A stretch of 39,142 nt of DNA, from positions 1 through 39,142 of the IMG/VR virus record IMGVR_UViG_3300045988_157503. One strand, 5' to 3'. Position numbers and translations under genes: made by a program. Of the stretch, positions 5,801 through 14,554 are shown one piece after another (within the stretch, counting starts at the first letter, position 1; each line of letters opens with the position of its first letter). The DNA is from a virus. A model generated the notes under the pieces. The model saw only the letters and a program-made list of their open reading frames with translations. It was not told the origin of the DNA and did no database searches.

Positions 5801-8195
5801 CTTGTTTTCTATTATTTCCTTCGTTTTTAATATTACTTGTCTGTTGGTTGCTGTTGGGCGTTCCTTCAGAAATTCCAACATTTTTTTCTGCTGTTCTTCC
5901 GTTTTTAAATTTGTCATTGATGTCATACACGCTTCTTCTTCCAGTCCCGCTTTCCTCATCATTTTCAATATTTGCTTCACTAATTCTGTTACTTGTATCA
6001 CTTCTATCAATCCCTTCATTTAAAATATTAGTTTCAGTTTTATCTTTAACTAATCCTAGGTTTTCCCAGCTTTCAACTAACTTTACCGGAACTTGTTCTA
6101 TTCCTAATTCACTTGCAATCTTTAGTCTGTGATTTCCATTTTCAATAGCAAATGTTCCGTCATTTTTTCTGTATATTTCAATTGGCTCTACAATCCCTTT
6201 CTGTCTTATACTTTCTCTTAAACTTTCTATTTGTTCGGTTGTTCTATGTCCTCCATCTTTAGCCAATTGGCTCAAATCATTAGTATTTATATTTTTAGTT
6301 TCGCCTAATTGTAAATTATTATACTCTTTAATATTATTTTTTTCAATACTATTTGGGACATTTTGACTACTTCTAGTTTTATTTACAGCATTATTTATTG
6401 TATTTACCCACTCGTCTGATGTAAATTTCTGAAAAGCCACTGATGTTTTTGATTGACTATCATATTGTGTTATACTTTTACTTGGCTCTATATCAAACCA
6501 ACTTTTATATGCAATTTGCTCTATCTCTGCATTGCTTTTGTTAGCTATTCTCTTGCCAATCTCGTCTGCAACAGTCAACCATTGCTTTACAGTTCTTCTT
6601 CCATTTCTGTTAGTAGGTGTCATATCTAATACTTCATTTACCTCTGTTGAATCATAGGTATTAGTATCATTCTTATACTGCATATACTTCTTTCTTCTTG
6701 TTTGATCATTTTTAGAATCTATTTTTGTGTCTAATCTATTTGCATCTTCTAAAGAGTTAATATTTTGCCTTATTGAACTAACATCCGCATCTGATACTTC
6801 ATTCATATTGTTTAATACATCTAACATCATACTTTTATAATCTTCTGATATATTACTATTTGTTATTTCTTTACTTGCCATTTGTTTCAATTGATTTGAA
6901 TATGTGTTTTCTGTGTTTACTGTTGGCAAAGAATTTTGTTCTACATTTGTATTGCTACTTGTTTGTTGCTCTTGTGTTATATATCCATCTCCATTTATTA
7001 CTTTTTGAGCCTCATCTATTCTTGAATTTACTTCATTTGTCTTGTTTTGTTGTTGTACTTCTTTATATGTACTTCCGCCTAAACCTAAAGCATTTAATGC
7101 CAACGTTGTTAATACTGTTATTTTTGCAGTTTCTTTTAATTTGTCAAAGTCCACTACTTTACCATCATCTTGATACATAAATTTGTCAACTATATTTTGA
7201 CCTATATCCGTTAATACTTCTTCTAATACTTCACCACCTACTTCATATCCCTTACTTGCTATTTTTTGACCAACTTCTGATTTAATATTTTTTGAAATGA
7301 AGTTAACTGCTGTATTATCCAAGGTTCCCTTTGGTAGGAACTTAATTCCTCCTGTTAGCTTTTCTGCACCTACTTCAATAGCTCCTTTTAAATCTCCGGC
7401 AAGTTTTGCTTTTTGGATGTTATTTTCCTTTAATAGTCCTTCTCCCGAAGCATCTCCTGAAGAAGACATAAACATTGCTACATTTCCTGTTCCTGGCATT
7501 AGTGCATTCAATGCCATAGTTGGGGCCATATTACCTAAATTTCGACTAATATTCCCTAATGTCTGCATTGTTGGAGAAAGTTCTTGAGTTGCTATTGCAT
7601 CAGCATTTTTATCAGCTTGAGTCTTTCTTATCTGTTCTACTAAATTCTTGTTAGTTTCTTCCAATCTTTTTCTTCCATTTTCATCTGTAAATTTAGCTAA
7701 AATCTTGTTATCTAATACCCTTTGATTATCGTCTGCAACTGATGTTTGCAGATATTGTCCAATAGATTTTCCCCAACCAGTTATCGCTCCTTTAGCAGTA
7801 TCTATTAAATATCTGGTTTTTGCTGGAAAACTTACTTTAGGATCATTTGACTTCATATCTTCGTAGGTTTGAGAGGATATTGAAGATTCTCCAAGTGGTT
7901 GCAAATCCTCTTTTGCAGTTTTTAATGTTTCGTTTTCTTTTTTTAATGTATTTATCAATCTTGAATCACTAAAAGGATTGCTTATCTCTCCTGTTCTTCT
8001 TGAATTTGCAATAAAACCTGCTTTTGGTAATTCATATATTTTTTGATCATCTTTTCTTTTCATTTTAGAACTTGCTGTCGGTAACTCTTGAGAGCTTGAT
8101 GTATCTCTTGTTGTTTGTTTTTCTTCTTCCATTGCAGTTGCTATTTTATTTATTTTTTTCTTTTCTTCATCTGACAATTTAAATTTTATTGCCAT
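2814..8195 (-). CDS. 1793-aa polyvalent-type protein with an internal ParB/sulfiredoxin-like nuclease domain (probable virion-delivered protein)
   Basis: Single uninterrupted ORF with a GGAGG RBS. Around aa 640-710 (nt about 6070-6275), GGHRTTEQIESLRESIRQKGIVEPIEIYRKNDGTFAIENGNHRLKIASELGIEQVPV fits a ParB-like domain (xGxHR motif). Gly/Ala-rich hydrophobic stretches and a long unassigned C-terminal half follow. Confidence 0.7.
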   Translation of the reverse strand: MAIKFKLSDEEKKKINKIATAMEEEKQTTRDTSSSQELPTASSKMKRKDDQKIYELPKAGFIANSRRTGEISNPFSDSRLINTLKKENETLKTAKEDLQPLGESSISSQTYEDMKSNDPKVSFPAKTRYLIDTAKGAITGWGKSIGQYLQTSVADDNQRVLDNKILAKFTDENGRKRLEETNKNLVEQIRKTQADKNADAIATQELSPTMQTLGNISRNLGNMAPTMALNALMPGTGNVAMFMSSSGDASGEGLLKENNIQKAKLAGDLKGAIEVGAEKLTGGIKFLPKGTLDNTAVNFISKNIKSEVGQKIASKGYEVGGEVLEEVLTDIGQNIVDKFMYQDDGKVVDFDKLKETAKITVLTTLALNALGLGGSTYKEVQQQNKTNEVNSRIDEAQKVINGDGYITQEQQTSSNTNVEQNSLPTVNTENTYSNQLKQMASKEITNSNISEDYKSMMLDVLNNMNEVSDADVSSIRQNINSLEDANRLDTKIDSKNDQTRRKKYMQYKNDTNTYDSTEVNEVLDMTPTNRNGRRTVKQWLTVADEIGKRIANKSNAEIEQIAYKSWFDIEPSKSITQYDSQSKTSVAFQKFTSDEWVNTINNAVNKTRSSQNVPNSIEKNNIKEYNNLQLGETKNINTNDLSQLAKDGGHRTTEQIESLRESIRQKGIVEPIEIYRKNDGTFAIENGNHRLKIASELGIEQVPVKLVESWENLGLVKDKTETNILNEGIDRSDTSNRISEANIENDEESGTGRRSVYDINDKFKNGRTAEKNVGISEGTPNSNQQTSNIKNEGNNRKQGVDNSTSFNMNESSKTQDTSNELETGEWTKQKKEGEKRRKHYESIIKSNYTTDEAKAIAKSLMGTDTYVPESNSKQLELADDRISTTGADSELASLLSRATTGGTIKAEDIAIGERLIQYYSKTGNKTKLQDAIQATAMAGTTAGQTVQAMSLLNHQTPEGQVVWLQRSVDKMNKDLKRTRGEDAEQFKLTPEMLNKITNSDNAKVLEQNLNEVYKELGQQVTKTTAQKIDAWRYFSMLANPRTHIRNIVGNTAMGGVQGIKNKVAGGIESAVSKINPYMERNHTVIPASKEVKAFAKADIENVVDRLGLNENKYNPKTRLENNMRTFKSDAMENTIGKAFDLNNKALEAEDGWGLKAGYVKALSEYMTANKLTPDTITDQQLGKARNFAIEQAKEATFHQDSQLASLINQLSNKNKFSKFVLDATLPFKKTPINVAKAGLEYSPVGLVKSAVYDTAQLRKGNITANKYIDNISKGLTGTGIALVGYALANCGVLKATGSDDEDKEKFEEGRGSQNYAITIGNNTYSLDWLAPSGIPLFIGAECYELMKAQKEKKTSSSDEDEYYNKVINASMNILDSFTNAMNPMTEMSMLSGLTSALKSYNQGSSKMLAGIGTNSIKSYVNQFIPTALGQIAKTTDEYERNTTSTKTGVLPKAIDTTRTQIMNKIPGLRQKLPIKTDIWGQEQKQSDNIALRALENAVFPWARKELNSNNVDKEITKVYENTGESSVFPDTINKNLTIDKKKYVMTSKEFAKYKKQFGETSYELLKNLINSDGYKKLSDSQKQLAIEKVYSYSTEQIKIDYARQNCLKNEQSTLSQVTNAIKKAGGNTSNYFEFLANTQGLDKDSEKLEVLANSKCNEKTKKAIYENSLGKKDTKYDIVKESFTGSGLNMSKYLQYKAQEFKADKKDDGTVNGKSITGSKKDKVFDYIDSIKGATYTQKLILYALEYKPSSSSDREIVENYVRNMPNRTVKEKLEIMSKFAGVTVYKNNSYTY

Positions 8196-8204
8196 AACTT
8201 CCTC

Positions 8205-9341
8205 CTATTGTTTACTCCAGTATTGAATTACTTCTTCTGGAGAACTGAAATATTTTCCGGAATACTTATCATAAATATTTTTACTGATGCCAGGACCCGA
8301 AAGTGTTTTTAGTCCTTTAATAATATCTTGTAATGTTATATTTTGGGTAGTTTCAGCATTCGCTTTAGCACTATCTCCAAAAGTTTTAGTATTAGAGCTA
8401 CTACTTTTTTTCGAACTGCTTGAGCTTCTTGAACTACCCGAGCTACTAGATTTTTTTTTTGAAAGCTCATATTGTTTTAGTGCTAAATCAAATTCCTTTT
8501 GCCATTGACTGTCTGAAACTTTGTCCCTACCTACTTTGTAGTTATAATCTCTATCGTTCATTGCTTTTGTGTAATCATAATTTGCAAAATTCATGTAATT
8601 CTTTAGCGCATCTTGATATCTGTTATAAGATAATTCATTGTTATATTTTTGTAACTCTAACCTAGCATTTTCTATGTCAGCTAATAATTCATTTTCTTTT
8701 GCCATGTATTGTAATTGTGTATTATTTAATTCTTGATTTATATTTTGAATTGATTTATCTCTATTGGCTTGCAATGAAGCTAAATTATTGCCATAAGCAT
8801 TCTCAATGTTTGCATATGCACTTCCCACAGTTCCTGTTTTATCTAAACCTGCTTGCGACAATTGTTGTTCCATTGATTTTTTTGCTAGCATAGAATTAAT
8901 GTATGCTTGTCTAGCATTATCATTGTATGATTGCATCACATCGTCTTTTTGTGCATTTATTTGATTTGTTGCTATTTGTTGTTGGTTTGTTAATGCATTT
9001 TTTCTACTTTCTGCTATTTTTTCGTATTGTGCTAGTAATGTTTGTGAATCATTTCCAACATTTGATGTAGCTTTATTTGCATAAGCTTCTGCTAACTGTT
9101 GTGTTGTTTTTGTAGGTTGATTGGGCTGAGCCTGAGTTGTTTGTGTCGGTTGTGTAGCAACTGTAGTTCCAGTAGTTTTAACTGTATTTGTTTGTCCTGG
9201 CAATTTTAACGTATTTCCCGTATATATCAAGTTAGCATTTTTAATATATGGGTTTAGTCCCATAAGAGTACTTACACTTGTATTATATCTTTTTGCTATT
9301 CCGCTTAATGTATCTCCACTTTTTATTTTATATGTTGACAT
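8205..9341 (-). CDS. LysM-domain protein with coiled-coil and poly-Ser regions (378 aa)
   Basis: The N-terminus [46 protein letters not shown] is a canonical LysM. A Gln/Asn-rich coiled coil follows, then [22 protein letters not shown] is AGGAGGGA. Confidence 0.75.
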   Translation of the reverse strand: MSTYKIKSGDTLSGIAKRYNTSVSTLMGLNPYIKNANLIYTGNTLKLPGQTNTVKTTGTTVATQPTQTTQAQPNQPTKTTQQLAEAYANKATSNVGNDSQTLLAQYEKIAESRKNALTNQQQIATNQINAQKDDVMQSYNDNARQAYINSMLAKKSMEQQLSQAGLDKTGTVGSAYANIENAYGNNLASLQANRDKSIQNINQELNNTQLQYMAKENELLADIENARLELQKYNNELSYNRYQDALKNYMNFANYDYTKAMNDRDYNYKVGRDKVSDSQWQKEFDLALKQYELSKKKSSSSGSSRSSSSSKKSSSSNTKTFGDSAKANAETTQNITLQDIIKGLKTLSGPGISKNIYDKYSGKYFSSPEEVIQYWSKQ

Positions 9342-9352
9342 CTTTCCCTCCT

Positions 9353-9381
9353 AAAAAATAAGCTAGGCATATAGCCTAGCT
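9353..9381 (-). terminator. Rho-independent terminator after the endolysin gene
   Basis: AGCTAGGC-ATATA-GCCTAGCT (9361-9381) preceded on the plus strand by AAAAAATA. It starts 2 nt past the endolysin stop. Confidence 0.6.
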
Positions 9382-9382
9382 A

Positions 9383-10363
9383 TTATTTCATTTGAATACC
9401 GATAATTGTATGTCCGTAAATTCCAGCATAGCTCTCAGTTCCTTGCTCAGTTCTACTATCTACATAAGGCAACCAACCATCTTCAGCAGTTTTAACACGA
9501 TATGTTACATGACCTTTTGTTGATTTAATTTTAATGCAATCAATGGGCTGTCCATATATACCTGCGTAAGAGTTTGGATTGCTCTTATCGTTTTTCTTAT
9601 AGTTCTTTGAGCTAATTTTATCTAACCAACTTCCATTTTTAATATGTGCTTGAACTGTTATTTCTCCAAATTCAGGCTTACAACGAAGTCCACTTATTGC
9701 TTTTCCATACAAACCTGCATATCCTTCGTCTGAGCTATCACATTTATTTACTTCTGGTAGCCATTGGTCTGTGTATGCCTGATAAGTGATTACTCCCGTA
9801 TAATCAGGTTCTGACGTTGGTTCTGGTGTTGGTGGTGTTGGTCCATCTACATCAAATTTTGGTCTACCATATCCTACTATTTCAGGAAGATTTAGTGGAT
9901 ATGAATGTTTTGCTACTTCACTATTGTTTGTATTTCCTTCTACTGTATAAACTCCGCCATTTTCTATTTTATAAACTAACCCTGTATGATATATGTCATC
10001 TCCATTACCAAAGAAAATTTGGTCGCCTACTTGTGGGCTGTTAAACAATCTTCCTTTTGATTTATAGAAGTTCATTGAAAAACTGCAACCAGCTCCTGTT
10101 GATTTCTTTGGTTGACACAATAATTCCAATGCTTTATCTACTCCAAAAGCTTGTACAAAGCACCAGTCCACAAAGATATCGCACCAATCATAACCGTTCT
10201 TTTTGCCATTATAAAAGCCCGCAATATTATCTAGATCGCGAGCATATTTATTATATTTTCCACTTATATTTGCTGTTTTGCTATCAAGTTGTGAATTACT
10301 CTTTTTTCCTTTATAGCCCACTTCATTTAAGGCTATTTCTATTACTTTATTAGCTTGTCCCAT
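9383..10363 (-). CDS. Endolysin: N-terminal CHAP domain plus three C-terminal ChW-like cell-wall-binding repeats
   Basis: CHAP Cys context GYDWCDIFVDWCF, and His/EGN context GDQIFFGNGDDIYHTGLVY...YTVEGNTNN. Three repeats of about 45 aa each contain GW/SW...YAG(I/L)YG..I.G/C(I/L)..K. Confidence 0.8.
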   Translation of the reverse strand: MGQANKVIEIALNEVGYKGKKSNSQLDSKTANISGKYNKYARDLDNIAGFYNGKKNGYDWCDIFVDWCFVQAFGVDKALELLCQPKKSTGAGCSFSMNFYKSKGRLFNSPQVGDQIFFGNGDDIYHTGLVYKIENGGVYTVEGNTNNSEVAKHSYPLNLPEIVGYGRPKFDVDGPTPPTPEPTSEPDYTGVITYQAYTDQWLPEVNKCDSSDEGYAGLYGKAISGLRCKPEFGEITVQAHIKNGSWLDKISSKNYKKNDKSNPNSYAGIYGQPIDCIKIKSTKGHVTYRVKTAEDGWLPYVDSRTEQGTESYAGIYGHTIIGIQMK

Positions 10364-10537
10364 TTATTTTTCCTCCTTATTTTCTTTAAGTTGTGTTCCA
10401 AAGTAAAATGCAATTATCATTAAATAAATCTCTTTAATATCAAAACTATTTGCAATTGCCAAGTAACATACTACTAATGTTAATAAAATTGTAACTATAC
10501 TTTTCACATTAATTAGTTTTGTTAACTTTTCCAACAT
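10364..10537 (-). CDS. Holin (57 aa, two hydrophobic segments; below the ORF-track cutoff)
   Basis: ATG at 10537 with RBS AAAGGTGGA, and the TAA abuts the endolysin ATG. Translation is MLEKLTKLINVKSIVTILLTLVVCYLAIANSFDIKEIYLMIIAFYFGTQLKENKEEK. Confidence 0.65.
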   Translation of the reverse strand: MLEKLTKLINVKSIVTILLTLVVCYLAIANSFDIKEIYLMIIAFYFGTQLKENKEEK

Positions 10538-10538
10538 A

Positions 10539-10853
10539 TTAATCCACCTTTCTTTCTTTCATAATTTTTCCCCATTTAGAATGTATGTAACTGTTGCCAC
10601 CTAAATCTTTAGTATAGTGGTCATACAACTCATATGCTCTTTCAATTTGGCATTCGTCTTTTTTAACTCCAGCCTCTATATCTGCTAAAAAATCAACTAA
10701 ATAATTTCTTGCTTGTCCTAAATCAATATTGTCAATTTTCTTATTTATCGGTTCAAAGGTCTTTTTTAATATTTTTTGTATTGCTACAATAATTGTTGTT
10801 ACAGCAGTTATTATTGATGCTATTAGAATTATTACATTGCTTATTTCTCCCAT
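10539..10853 (-). CDS. N-terminally membrane-anchored protein of the lysis cassette (104 aa)
   Basis: TM segment VIILIASIITAVTTIIVAI followed by a soluble domain. It sits immediately upstream of the holin. Function is not assignable. Confidence 0.5.
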   Translation of the reverse strand: MGEISNVIILIASIITAVTTIIVAIQKILKKTFEPINKKIDNIDLGQARNYLVDFLADIEAGVKKDECQIERAYELYDHYTKDLGGNSYIHSKWGKIMKERKVD

Positions 10854-11141
10854 CTATATATCCTCCGAATCCTTAAACTTATCAATTGTCTTTAAGTAGG
10901 CATATGCTTGTTCTATTTTGAAATTTTCTTCATATTCTTTATTGATGTAATCTGTGTCTATGTATATATTCATAGGTTCTGCATTTTCAATAGCTGTTTT
11001 TTCTTCTTGTCTTTTTTCCTCTGATGTATAAGATGCTACTTCAATTATAGTAGATACATTAGTTATATTATTTATACTAACTATTCTGTGATAATTTACA
11101 CTTACTCCATTATCTAATGTTATTTCTTTTTTTAATCCCAT
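10854..11141 (-). CDS. Hypothetical protein (95 aa) between tail fibre and lysis genes
   Basis: Tightly packed ORF with a GGAGG RBS. No motif recognised. Confidence 0.55.
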   Translation of the reverse strand: MGLKKEITLDNGVSVNYHRIVSINNITNVSTIIEVASYTSEEKRQEEKTAIENAEPMNIYIDTDYINKEYEENFKIEQAYAYLKTIDKFKDSEDI

Positions 11142-11153
11142 ATATTTTCCTCC

Positions 11154-13580
11154 TTAACTCCATACTTCTACTTTTGTTATATATAATTTGTTTGGGTCAG
11201 TAGTATTTGCACTACCAAATTTAATATTTGCCTGTGTATTTCTTGATATTGTTATTGTTGTGCTATTTACTACAAACAAGGCAGAATTTAGCATTATCCA
11301 TGAATCACTACTATTTTTTCTGACAATAGTTCCATAGGTAGTACAATTAGCATTAGAAACACCCGAAAAAGTAGTTGAACCATATTGCCCATCATCATTT
11401 TTATAAGATATTCTTATATTTTTATAGTTTGCTGCACTTGCTAACAATGTTACTGTTCCAGAAGTTCCAGATGCATTTGAATAAGCAACTGTGTGTTTAA
11501 TCTTATTTCCATCTTCATCATTATAGGCTCTATTAGCAATTCCCTGAAAAGTCTTACCCATGTCTGAATTACTTGATACTGAAAATACAAGACCAAAAGC
11601 TTTATCATATATACCTCTTCCACTACTATTTGCAAACATATACATTCTATTTGCCCAACTTGTACCTACACCACATACAGCTTCTGCTCCAGGTCTTATA
11701 ACATTTATAACTTCTGGGGATTGTATATTGGCTTGAATTGTAGAATAAGATATAAGCTGAAGGTTTGGAAGTGTTGACTGTGGTGCAACAGTTTCTCCCT
11801 TAAATGTAACGCTAGAAGTATATATGGTCCAAGTTTCATCATAATCAGTCCAAATATAATATTGTCCTCCACCTCTACACCAAAATACGGGTCTGCTACT
11901 ATTTCCTAATTGTTGATAACTTACAGGCATAGTATTAGTGAATTTAAAATTATTTTCTAATATAATCCCCTGTCCGTTTGTCGTTCCCCAACCTGCTGGT
12001 TCATTTAATAAATCTAAATTACAGCTAAATCCTTCACTATGTGTACTCCAAGATGGTTTTGTTCTAGAATTTAATTCTACTGCAAGTCTTAAATGACTCA
12101 TACCACCTTTAGGTAAACCATATCCAACAACAGGGTAATAAGTATTCTGGTCTAAATTACTTAAATTAACTGTATATTTATATATAAGAGGGATTTTTTG
12201 TCCCCTACATAAAATATCTCCATTTATATTTACATCATTTTCACCTATATCAATAATTGGTAAACCTCTTGTAACAGTAGTGCTATATGTGTTACTCATA
12301 AAGTAATCGCTTAACACAAATTCAAAATTAAATGCTTCTGTATAGCTGAAATCTGTTCCTAGTTCTCCTGAAAAAGTAAAGTTGTTGCCAGTTCTTGTTG
12401 CTGTTACTACCGTATAGGAACTCCAAGTTGTTTCAGTCGACTTCTTATATCGCCATTTTAATTCGAAACTATTGGTTTTCACACCAAAACTTCCATTGTA
12501 GCATAAACCTTGGACGCTTGCATTTATCGTATTCGATGTAGTGCTTGGTCTAGTCAATGTCACACCTGTTATGACAGGCTTAATATATTCTACTAATGTT
12601 TTAGCTACTGTTGCACTTGCTGTTAATCCCCTACTATCAATACAACTTAGACTAAATGTGCCACTATCAACCGAGTTTATTGTTGACGTTGTTGTTGTTT
12701 TGGTTTGACTACCATTTACAACTTTTACTGAAGAAATTGTCGCACTATTCTTAGCTGTTGCCGTTATAACTACTTTTGCATTTGATATATATCTAATTAG
12801 TTTATTTTTATCTCCTGTTGCAGTTATTGCTGAAGTATTTGTATCTTCTACTGTACCAGTAATCGTCGGATTACTATTTACAACAAAGGCATTGAAAGTA
12901 CAAGTTGATGTGCCAATTAGTGTATTTCCTGAATATGTGCTACAAGTTATTGTTCCTTTTCCTGAATTTGCATTTGGTATTTTTGCATAAAAAGATGTTG
13001 GAATTGTCCATCCTATGCTTGTGTTAGCTGTTTTAGTAGCAATTGTTCCTGTTAATCCTAGAAAATTATATTCAAGTGTATGAGTAAATGTTGAACTTGC
13101 TCTGTTAATATTTATTGTAGTTGCACTTCCTATATTGCCATCTGCGCAAGTTACAGAACTTTTTCGTGCTATTGTTGGCAATTCTACTGTCTTGCTTATT
13201 GTTCCATTTGGATAATAACTACTCAATTTTCCATCGAAAGAAAATGTTATAACAATTGTTTTTTTGCCATCTGCTGAATGCGAAATTTCTGCATTTGGAC
13301 TTATATTCAATACTGATTTATACCCATTGGAGCCTAAATCATACTTAGGATTTTTAGTTATTGAATATAAATGACTTCCACTTGTTTCCTTAATTGAAAA
13401 GACAGCACTTGAGGTACTGTTATATGGATAATATGAGCTGTTATTTCTTTTTACATAACCTTGGACACTAGTAATAGTTGTTTTATTTGTTGCTATGTCC
13501 TGTGAATAGGTTACATCTATTTTTAAATTAAATCCCTTTGACGGAGTTCCTATATCTCTATTGAAACTAATTGTTGCCAT
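11154..13580 (-). CDS. Tail fibre / receptor-binding protein (808 aa, Ser/Thr/Asn-rich beta-type repeats)
   Basis: Position downstream of structural genes. N-terminal segments (...FNLKIDVTYSQDIATNKTTITSV..., ...GWTIPTSFYAKIPNANSGKGTITCSTYSGNTLIG...) resemble DUF859-type phage fibre modules. This is recalled from memory and not verified. Confidence 0.6.
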   Translation of the reverse strand: MATISFNRDIGTPSKGFNLKIDVTYSQDIATNKTTITSVQGYVKRNNSSYYPYNSTSSAVFSIKETSGSHLYSITKNPKYDLGSNGYKSVLNISPNAEISHSADGKKTIVITFSFDGKLSSYYPNGTISKTVELPTIARKSSVTCADGNIGSATTININRASSTFTHTLEYNFLGLTGTIATKTANTSIGWTIPTSFYAKIPNANSGKGTITCSTYSGNTLIGTSTCTFNAFVVNSNPTITGTVEDTNTSAITATGDKNKLIRYISNAKVVITATAKNSATISSVKVVNGSQTKTTTTSTINSVDSGTFSLSCIDSRGLTASATVAKTLVEYIKPVITGVTLTRPSTTSNTINASVQGLCYNGSFGVKTNSFELKWRYKKSTETTWSSYTVVTATRTGNNFTFSGELGTDFSYTEAFNFEFVLSDYFMSNTYSTTVTRGLPIIDIGENDVNINGDILCRGQKIPLIYKYTVNLSNLDQNTYYPVVGYGLPKGGMSHLRLAVELNSRTKPSWSTHSEGFSCNLDLLNEPAGWGTTNGQGIILENNFKFTNTMPVSYQQLGNSSRPVFWCRGGGQYYIWTDYDETWTIYTSSVTFKGETVAPQSTLPNLQLISYSTIQANIQSPEVINVIRPGAEAVCGVGTSWANRMYMFANSSGRGIYDKAFGLVFSVSSNSDMGKTFQGIANRAYNDEDGNKIKHTVAYSNASGTSGTVTLLASAANYKNIRISYKNDDGQYGSTTFSGVSNANCTTYGTIVRKNSSDSWIMLNSALFVVNSTTITISRNTQANIKFGSANTTDPNKLYITKVEVWS

Positions 13581-13581
13581 C

Positions 13582-14553
13582 CTATCCTCCTATCCAGTGA
13601 ATATGAGTTCTTTTCTCACTATTTACAGTTGTTTTCATAAGTTTTAAATACCCCATTTCCACTTCACCTGTTGCTTTTAAGTCCGCTGTTTCCATACCAT
13701 CTTTGTCGTATTTCGCTATCTGTTTTCCGTATGCATACATATAAGTACCAGCATTGTTCATAGTTGTGCTAAATTCACTATCAGACTTTCCTACGCTAAC
13801 ACCAGCCTCGTTTATATCAACAGTTGTGTTTTTTACAGACTTTACGCCTTCATTGTTTATTTGGTCTATTTGCACTTGCAAACCTTGTGCAGTAGTTGTT
13901 ACAGTCGTTTGTTGCTGTTTTATAATATCTATATCGTCTTTTAGTGTCTGGTTTTCGGCTTCGATTTGTTCGGCCGTTAGATAGTCATTGTTTAGTCTAG
14001 TTGTCGTTTCAGTTACTTGTGAAGATATTTGTCCTAAATTTGTGGATATTTCAACCGTCCTCTCCGTTATATCATTGAAATTATTGTCTATTTCTTCTTT
14101 CATAGAATCTACATAATCAATAGTGCTATATGATACTTTCTTCTTCCAGTCGCTTTCTTCGTAGCCCTTTCTTCCAACAGTAGTAACTAATATCTCTCCT
14201 CTCTTTCCTTCCGGGTGGTCTGTATCAGATTGTAAAATCCACATATCTCCTGCATTATAGTTTTCTGGCTTTGTTAGATAAGTTTTATTCTTAGTTTTTG
14301 CTTCTTCTTTTGCTCCACTTTCTGTTGTCCAATCTTCGTCATTATATAATCCTATTGTTCTTGTATTTATACAGGTATATACTATTTTTCCATCTATCCA
14401 AGTATCGCCCTTATAATAAGGTGGATTTGGTTTTGAGCCATAATTTCTGCTAACATTTTCATATTGAGAACTAATTTCCTTTTCGGCACTTGATAGTCTT
14501 TTATTTAGATACCCTAGATTAACTGAATCTTCATCGTATTTAGGCTCTCCCAT
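13582..14553 (-). CDS. Tail fibre protein (323 aa)
   Basis: N-terminal DEDSVNLGYLNKRL is a typical fibre N-terminal motif. It also has PPYYKGDTWIDG..Y.C and a coiled-coil region. Confidence 0.55.
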   Translation of the reverse strand: MGEPKYDEDSVNLGYLNKRLSSAEKEISSQYENVSRNYGSKPNPPYYKGDTWIDGKIVYTCINTRTIGLYNDEDWTTESGAKEEAKTKNKTYLTKPENYNAGDMWILQSDTDHPEGKRGEILVTTVGRKGYEESDWKKKVSYSTIDYVDSMKEEIDNNFNDITERTVEISTNLGQISSQVTETTTRLNNDYLTAEQIEAENQTLKDDIDIIKQQQTTVTTTAQGLQVQIDQINNEGVKSVKNTTVDINEAGVSVGKSDSEFSTTMNNAGTYMYAYGKQIAKYDKDGMETADLKATGEVEMGYLKLMKTTVNSEKRTHIHWIGG

Positions 14554-14554
14554 C

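Noticed and set aside
3028-7587. Many plus-strand ORFs (3028..3282, 3595..3819, 3671..3871, 4190..4381, 4963..5319, 5261..5488, 5802..6023, 5848..6132, 6860..7180, 7297..7587), plus the minus-strand alternative-frame ORF 5795..6019, all inside the giant gene
   Set aside because: They are fully nested in the 1793-aa ORF. Their translations are Leu/Phe/Ser/Ile-rich low-complexity strings, typical of antisense or off-frame reading of AT-rich coding DNA. They have no RBS.
2814-8195. Giant ORF as a tape measure protein
   Set aside because: It lies after the lysis cassette rather than between tail chaperones and distal tail genes. It contains a ParB-like nuclease domain and long low-complexity linkers, and no tail tube or chaperone genes accompany it.
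8451-8460. T10 (A10 on the coding strand) homopolymer inside the LysM gene as a slippage or phase-variation site
   Set aside because: It encodes KKK in an AT-rich, Lys-rich genome. Neither shifted frame continues into an ORF of 60 aa or more, so there is no evidence of a programmed alternative product.
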